Below are positions 58,631 to 64,000 of a DNA stretch of 64,000 nucleotides, one piece after another. The stretch is taken from positions 245,209 to 309,208 of the forward strand of contig CAVSDE010000006.1 in NCBI GenBank assembly GCA_963726695.1, in the 5' to 3' direction. The notes beneath the pieces were generated by a model that was not told the origin of the DNA, made no database searches, and saw nothing but the letters and a program-made list of their open reading frames with translations. Position numbers and translations under genes: made by a program. The DNA comes from an uncultured Acidimicrobiales bacterium. Its GTDB lineage: Bacteria; Actinomycetota; Acidimicrobiia; Acidimicrobiales; DATKAS01. Numbering within the stretch: the first letter of the stretch is position 1; each line of letters starts with the position of its first letter.

Positions 58631-58918
58631 CGCTTCACCCTCGCGTCGGCCCTTGTTTTCCCAGGATTCTCCTGGTTTTGTCCGGTTTGTGAAGAGAAGC
58701 ACGAGCAGTGGGGGAAGCGTGGCTGAATCGTCGCCTTCCCGTAGTTCCACCACGCAGAGCGAAGGAGTCAGATGGCGAGTGGCGTAGTGGAGGCGCGGGA
58801 CCTCGCGGGCAGTTCGGGCGGTTGCTCGGGTTTTCTCCTACGTCGCTTGGTGGAGGGCCACCGTGTGGCGGTGGCGGGATGCGATTGAAAGGAAACGCGT
58901 ACGAGCAGATCTCGCCAC

Positions 58919-61673
58919 TTGCGGCGGATCTTGGCGGCGGGCGTGGTTGCCAGCCTCTCCATCACTTGGGGAGCCGGCATCGCTTTCGCCAACACAGACC
59001 CATCCATCAGTCAAGACAACGGAGTGAGCGCGTCGCAGAACGGTTGCGGTCCGGAACCGGTGTCTGCGGGCCTCAACGAACCCGCACCTCAACCTGAACC
59101 TGGGTGCGGCAGTGCCATCGGGAACACCGGCGCGAACGGGCAATTCGCCGGTCCGCAGTTCAACGGAGCCGGGCAAGCTCACGTCGGGATCGCCAATGGC
59201 GACTCGTCTGACGCGTTTGCAGCCGGCCTCTTGGTCGCGGTTGCGCTCGGCGGCGACGCACTCGCCGGCGGAAGCAACGTCTCGACGGTCGACAACAACC
59301 TCGAGTCGTCCGGTGGCGGCCCGATCACCAATGACATGACAACCGGCAACGCGGTAGGTGGCAACGCCTTGGGCCTCGCCGGAAGCCAGATCAACACCAA
59401 CAGCGGTGACGCGATCACCGTCGGCATCGGTGACGGCGCCGACGTGATCCACCAGCACAACGGCGCCTATGTGTCCGCCGATGACAACGCCGCGCTCGGC
59501 GAACTCAGGTGCCAACGTCCAGGCGACCGGCGGCCAGTACATCGGCGTCGGCCAGCTGGCTCTCGAGGGTGCGCAGGGAACTCCGGCGCTCGCTCTGAGC
59601 CTCGGCCTCGGCATCGCCGTTGGCGGCGACGCGACCGCGTACGCGACCAACACGAGTGGTCATACCGGCAACTTCGGCAACTACCAGAACATCGAGAACA
59701 CGATGACGACGGGTGACGCCGTCGCCTTCAACTCGGTGCAGGTCGGCACGCCGGTCTCTGGGACCATCGCCCAGCAGCCGTTCGCGCAGTCGAACGAGAA
59801 CAGCGGAAACGCGTACACGGGCGAGGCTTCGCTCAGCTTCGTGGGCTTCGCCGGCTCGTTCATCGGCCAGCACAACGACCTGATCGTCGACCCGTCCTTC
59901 AACACCGCGGTGGCCAACAGCGGCGCCAACCTGCAGGCCAGCGGCCCGCAGCTCAGTGGCACGCTGCAACTCGCCGGCGCGGGCGCCGGAAGTGGCTGGG
60001 CGGCATCGCTCGGCATCATCGCTCTCGCGTTCAGCGGTGACGCTGTCGCCGGTGCGGTGAATCAGAGTGACAGCGCCAACGACCAGATCGTGAGCAACGA
60101 TCTGCACACGGGTGACGCGCTCGCACAGAACTACACGAGCGTGATCGCAACCCAGTCGAACACCAACAGCGGCAACGCTGGATCGTTGCAGGCGCTCGCC
60201 GTCTTCGGCTTCGGCATCGGCGGGATCATCCAGACGAACTGCGCGGACATCGTGGCGAACTACAACGTCGCCGCGGCGAACACCGGGCTCAATGGCCAGA
60301 TCGCCGGCTTCCAGGGCAACGGCACCGTCCAAGGTGCGGGCGCGCTGGCAGGTAGCGGCTGGGCCGGAACGCTCGGCGGGCTCGCGCTAGCCGTCGCTGG
60401 TGACTCGTCCGCTGGGGCGGTCAACGGAGCACTCAGCAACAACGAGAGCGACGTCAGCAATGTGATGGTCACTGGCAACGCTGGCGCGTCGAACGTCCTG
60501 AACGTCGATCTCACGCAATCCAACGAGAACTCTGGTTGGGCAGCGGGAGCGGCAATCCTCGACGTCGTCGCGATCGGTGCCGGGGGCATCGTGCAGTCCA
60601 ACGACGCGTACACCGACTCGAGCGAGAACGTGGCGCTGGCCAACAGCGGCGCGAACGTCCAGGGCACCCTGGGCCAGGGCAACCTGACCCTTCAGGGCGC
60701 GGGCTCGGGTAGCTGGGGCGGCGGCGCGATCTCGCTCGGCGTGCTCGCCGGCGCGGTCGGCGGCGACGCATCGGCGTGGGCGGTCAACACGGCGGACAGC
60801 ACAAACAGCCAGAAGGTCCACAATGACCTGACGACCGGTGGTGCGGACGCTCGCAACGTGACCGTCATCGACCTCACCCAGACCAACGCCAATGGCGGTG
60901 TGGACGAGTTCAACGGTGCAGCCGCGGGGATCGCCGCGATCGCATTTGCCGGCGTGGGTGTCGGATTCATCTCTCAGAGCAACTACGCCGAGATCTACAG
61001 CGATGGCAACTTCGCTGGTTCCAACACCGGTGCCAACGCGGAGTTCAGCGGCCCGCAGGTCAACATCACGGGTCAGCTGGCGCTCGCGGGCGCACAGGGT
61101 GGCGGGGCGCTCGGCCTTGCCTTGTTGGGCGCGGGAGCGGTCGGCGGCGACGCCGATGTCGCTGCGTCGAACACGGCGACGAGCTCGAACTGGCAGCTGG
61201 TGTGCAACGACCTGATCACGGGCGTCGCGGTTGCAGTGAACAAGTTGGGCGTCACTGCACAGCAGACGAACGGGAACACGGGCGACGCGGCGGGCCTAGT
61301 GCTCGGCGCAGCTCCTCTGGTCTACGCCAGCTCCATCTCGCAGTCGAACAGCCTCAGCGTCGGGCAAGACGGCTCGAACGCGGTGGCCAACACCGGTCTC
61401 AACTCGCAGTCCTCTGGTGCGCAGGTGAACGTGGCGCTTCAGGGCTCGGCGGCTGAGGGCGATGCGGGCCAGGCTGGGGCTGCCGCGCTTCTCGGCAGCG
61501 TTGCTGTCGACGGCGCTGCGACCGTTGCGGTCGGAGACAACTCGTCCAGCATCAACTCCACCGAGGTGCACAACACGATGGAGACCGGCAACGCGACGGC
61601 ACTCAACCAGGTGACCGTCGACGTCACGCAGGACAACCACAACGAGGGCGACTCGATCTCGGTCGGCCTCTAG
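58919..61673 (+). CDS. Large secreted beta-strand-repeat protein A (~918 aa after repairing one frame break near 59498), seven ~95-140-aa degenerate repeats
   Basis: Signal peptide MRRILAAGVVASLSITWGAGIAFA|NTD (TTG start, uncertain). Joins track ORFs 58919-59716 and 59469-61673 at ...YVSADDNAAL|ANSGANVQ... Repeats are anchored by A-N-[ST]-G-x-N-x-Q, G-S-G-W-A, T-G-[DN]-A-x-A-x-N and T-Q-x-N-x-N-S-G-N-A. Confidence 0.7.
59117..61670 (+). repeat. Protein-level tandem repeat array (7 units) inside repeat protein A
   Basis: Units begin at IGNTGANGQ, ANSGANVQ, ANSGANLQ, ANTGLNGQ, ANSGANVQ, SNTGANAE and ANTGLNSQ. Hand-counted unit lengths are ~138, 121, 121, ~126, ~123 and 95 aa for units 2-7. The DNA copies are highly diverged. 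Confidence 0.75.
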
Positions 61674-61688
61674 GCAGTCGGACCAGAT

Positions 61689-61712
61689 GGGGGAGGGCGA
61701 GCGCCCTCCCCC
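61689..61712 (+). terminator. Intrinsic terminator after repeat protein A
   Basis: GGGGGAGGGC-gagc-GCCCTCCCCC (perfect 10-bp stem, 4-nt loop) followed by the pyrimidine/T-rich aggtCCCCTTTTCCTCTTCTCTTCTCTC. Confidence 0.65.
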
Positions 61713-61780
61713 AGGTCCCCTTTTCCTCTTCTCTTCTCTCAGCAGTTGGCGGCATCCAGCAGAGGGCAGGCGGCAACAAG

Positions 61781-64000
61781 ATGAGCGCGAATCGACAACG
61801 CACGGCGGGGTTTCGCCGGTTTGTTGCAGCCTCTTTGGCTGCGGTGGTCCTCTGCTTCGCAGTGGGCGTGCCCGTCGCGGGCGCGCAGACCGACCCAACC
61901 GATCCTCCCGATACGACGGCAGCGCCCGACACGACGGCAGCGCCCGACACGACGGCAGCGCCCGACACGACGGCAGCGCCCGACACCACGCTTCCTCCCG
62001 AGGACACGACCGCTGCGGCGGACACCTCGGGAGCCGGCACGACGGCGGCGACGACGACCGCCGCCCCGACGACCACGGCCGCACCCTCGACCACCGCCGA
62101 CTCTTCGTCGACCACCGACGCTTCTGACCCCGGCGCATCTACATCGGATGCGCCTGCAGCGCGTTCGACCAACGCGGCGGAGAACGCGGCGGTGTCGACC
62201 GCGAGCGCCGCTGACACGTCGGGTGGTTGCGGCGGATCGTCGCAATCCTCTTCTCAGTCGTCCGTGAACGCCGCGGAGCAGCACAGCGTCGCGAACGTGT
62301 GCTCGAGCAACAACGCCTCGGGCAACTCGGGGTCGAACGCCTCGGTGGGTGCGATCGCGGGAGCGACGACCGGTGGCGCGTCGACCTCCACCGGGACGAG
62401 CAGCTCCTCGTCGACCAATGACGGCGACGCCAAGGCGATCGGCGTCAGCGAGAACGGCAACATCCTGCAGACGGTCTCTGTGCGCGCCGACGCCAGCAGC
62501 CAGGTCGACATCGTGCAGATCGCGCTGGTGATCAACATCGGCTTCGGAGTGGCCAACACGAGCGGCAACGGCGCCGTCGGAGTGACGCCAGGGCTCCTCG
62601 CCGGACACATGGCCGCGCTCGGGTATGCGTCGGAGGTGACCGGAGCGGCCCTCGCTGTCGGCACGCAGGCGACAACCCGCATCCTTCAAGCGGCGGTCGT
62701 GCAGACCAAGAACGGCGACGACGCGAACAGCGTCGAGAACGCGTTGGTCATCAACCTCGGTGATGGCACCGCGAACAGCGGGCTGAACCGGATCATCGGT
62801 GTGCTCTCGCAGAACGGAGCCGACTACGGCCTCGGTGGTGCCACGGGCACCGCGTCTGTCGCCTCCGGCGATGCGAACGCGATCGGGAACGCCTCCAACA
62901 CGATCATCAAGCAGAACGCCAGTGCGAACGCGAGCGAGGGCGGCTTCATCGTCATCACCCAGCGCGCGGTGGTGTTCAACCTGGGCGCCGCGATCGCGAA
63001 CACCGGCTTCAACAGCGCGACGGGTGTCGGCGCCATGGGCCTCACCGACTCGCAGCTCGCCGCCTTGGTCTCGCTCTACCAGGTCCTGAACGCACTGCTC
63101 GAGGCTGGAGGATGGGCGCTGCCGCCGGACGGCGATCCGAGCGGCGGTGTCGGCGACGCGGTCGGTGATGCGTCCGTGCAGACCGGCGACGCGACGGCAC
63201 TCGGTGTGAACACCGGCACGAGCATCACGCAAAACGTCGACGCGACAGCCGTGGGCGGCACGATCCACTCGTCGCAAGACGCGCTGGTCGCGAATGTCGG
63301 CCTCGGCGTCGCCAACACCGGGGGCAACGTCGCCGCCGGTGTCGCGACCGGGTCGACGGGCGGTGTGAACTCCGACGCCATCGCCACCCTTGCGGACTAC
63401 CTCAAGGCACTGTCGGGCGGCACTGTGTCGCCGAACGGGACGGCGGACGTCGCCGGCCTGTTCGACTTCGGAGGCCTGATTGCACAGCTGACCGGGCACG
63501 CGGAGGCCACCGATCAGGTGATCGACTCCGCGCCGAGTGATCTCATCGGGCCACCACAGGATCCTGCCGCTCCGCAGACGAAGCGCACCCGGATTCGCCA
63601 GGTCGTCGGGATGCTCACGTTCTCGTTCTCCTCGGCGAACGGCGTGGACAAGACCGAGACCCAGGCGCACATCAGGCACAACGACACTGAGACCGACGAC
63701 ATCGGGGTCACCGTCGCCAACGGCTATTCGACGCCGGTGACCAACCACGCCGCAGTGGACGTGACCGGCGATTCTTCCTCCACGAGTGACAGCACGGGGG
63801 AGCCGCCCAATCCGGACGGCTTCGTCGCCGACGTCACCGGATCGGCCACGATGCAGACCGGCGACGTCGTCGCAGGCAACATCGACAACACCAGGGTCTG
63901 CCAGGTGCACAACACCGATCCCGCGCAGTGCACCGCCGTGAACCGGTGGATCATCCTCGGAGGCAACCAGCCCCCAATCCCGCAGCCGAAGCCGAAGACG
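61781..64000 (+). CDS. Large secreted beta-strand-repeat protein B, 3'-partial (open to the window end; not in the supplied ORF track)
   Basis: Hand translation of the frame starting at ATG 61781 is open for 740 codons. Signal peptide MSANRQRTAGFRRFVAASLAAVVLCFAVGVPVAGA|QTD, then 4x DTTAAP plus a T/A/P/S-rich linker. This is followed by ~60-aa units such as ASVASGDANAIGNASNTIIKQNASANASEGGFIVITQRAVVFNLGAAIANTGFNSATGV. Confidence 0.7.
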   Translation, partial: MSANRQRTAGFRRFVAASLAAVVLCFAVGVPVAGAQTDPTDPPDTTAAPDTTAAPDTTAAPDTTAAPDTTLPPEDTTAAADTSGAGTTAATTTAAPTTTAAPSTTADSSSTTDASDPGASTSDAPAARSTNAAENAAVSTASAADTSGGCGGSSQSSSQSSVNAAEQHSVANVCSSNNASGNSGSNASVGAIAGATTGGASTSTGTSSSSSTNDGDAKAIGVSENGNILQTVSVRADASSQVDIVQIALVINIGFGVANTSGNGAVGVTPGLLAGHMAALGYASEVTGAALAVGTQATTRILQAAVVQTKNGDDANSVENALVINLGDGTANSGLNRIIGVLSQNGADYGLGGATGTASVASGDANAIGNASNTIIKQNASANASEGGFIVITQRAVVFNLGAAIANTGFNSATGVGAMGLTDSQLAALVSLYQVLNALLEAGGWALPPDGDPSGGVGDAVGDASVQTGDATALGVNTGTSITQNVDATAVGGTIHSSQDALVANVGLGVANTGGNVAAGVATGSTGGVNSDAIATLADYLKALSGGTVSPNGTADVAGLFDFGGLIAQLTGHAEATDQVIDSAPSDLIGPPQDPAAPQTKRTRIRQVVGMLTFSFSSANGVDKTETQAHIRHNDTETDDIGVTVANGYSTPVTNHAAVDVTGDSSSTSDSTGEPPNPDGFVADVTGSATMQTGDVVAGNIDNTRVCQVHNTDPAQCTAVNRWIILGGNQPPIPQPKPKT
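61910..61981 (+). repeat. 4 x 18-bp perfect/near-perfect tandem repeat encoding DTTAAP
   Basis: gatacgacggcagcgccc followed by three identical gacacgacggcagcgccc units. Confidence 0.9.

Noticed and set aside
61739-63910. 723-aa minus-strand ORF, the longest ORF the track offers for this region
   Set aside because: It is the antisense shadow of the plus-strand frame that starts at 61781. The plus frame has a signal peptide, an exact codon-level tandem repeat and a clear repeat architecture. The minus-strand product is an Arg/Gly/Val/Asp-rich string with no motif, as is typical for antisense frames in GC-rich DNA.
1-64000. Search for CRISPR arrays, IS elements or transposases, prophage genes and known defence systems
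   Set aside because: None recognised on either strand. The only mobile elements are the two DnaB inteins, and the only toxin-like gene is the orphan PemK-fold protein.

Overview
Very GC-rich chromosomal segment (GC not computed). It is almost certainly from an actinobacterium. Supporting signs are mycothiol-type enzymes (MDMPI, DinB and Rv2466c-like DsbA), DUF3499, the conserved rpsF-ssb-rpsR-rplI-dnaB block, 11-nt PhoP-type PHO boxes and GlnR-type boxes. I call about 65 protein genes, 2 tRNAs (Ala-TGC, Gly-CCC), 2 inteins and several operators and terminators. I see no CRISPR array, IS element, prophage or recognisable defence system.

Main blocks:
- A sulfur/persulfide operon (MBL-rhodanese, DsbA-like, metY, CoA-binding).
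- A GH63-aguA-aguB operon.
- A TetR-MDMPI pair with a tetO-like double operator.
- ppx, kynA and the ribosomal/replication block, with a double-intein dnaB.
- UDP-glucose dehydrogenase and UDP-glucuronate decarboxylase.
- pstSCAB-phoU.
- An HdrD/Rv0338c-like membrane Fe-S reductase.
- A nitrogen locus.

Most interesting observations:
1. At the right edge there are two adjacent genes for very large secreted beta-strand-repeat proteins with curlin-like Q/N-x-G-x-N-x-A motifs. The second is absent from the ORF track because it runs off the window. I cannot assign either to a characterised family.
2. The gene after amt is not glnK-glnD. It is a fusion of a CPA2 cation/proton antiporter with the HD-degenerate, double-ACT C-terminal part of GlnD, and no PII gene is present.
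3. DnaB carries a P-loop intein with a degenerate LAGLIDADG endonuclease and a second mini-intein.
4. S18 has a long (DRG)6/acidic tail and reads in frame into L9.
5. I infer by eye about 38 frame breaks in 19 genes, and they are strongly clustered. They hit essential genes (dnaB, rpsR), so indel errors in the assembly are the leading explanation. Real pseudogenisation of some clusters (33.6-36.1 kb) cannot be excluded without reads.

All coordinates of frame breaks and alternative starts are approximate and hand-derived.
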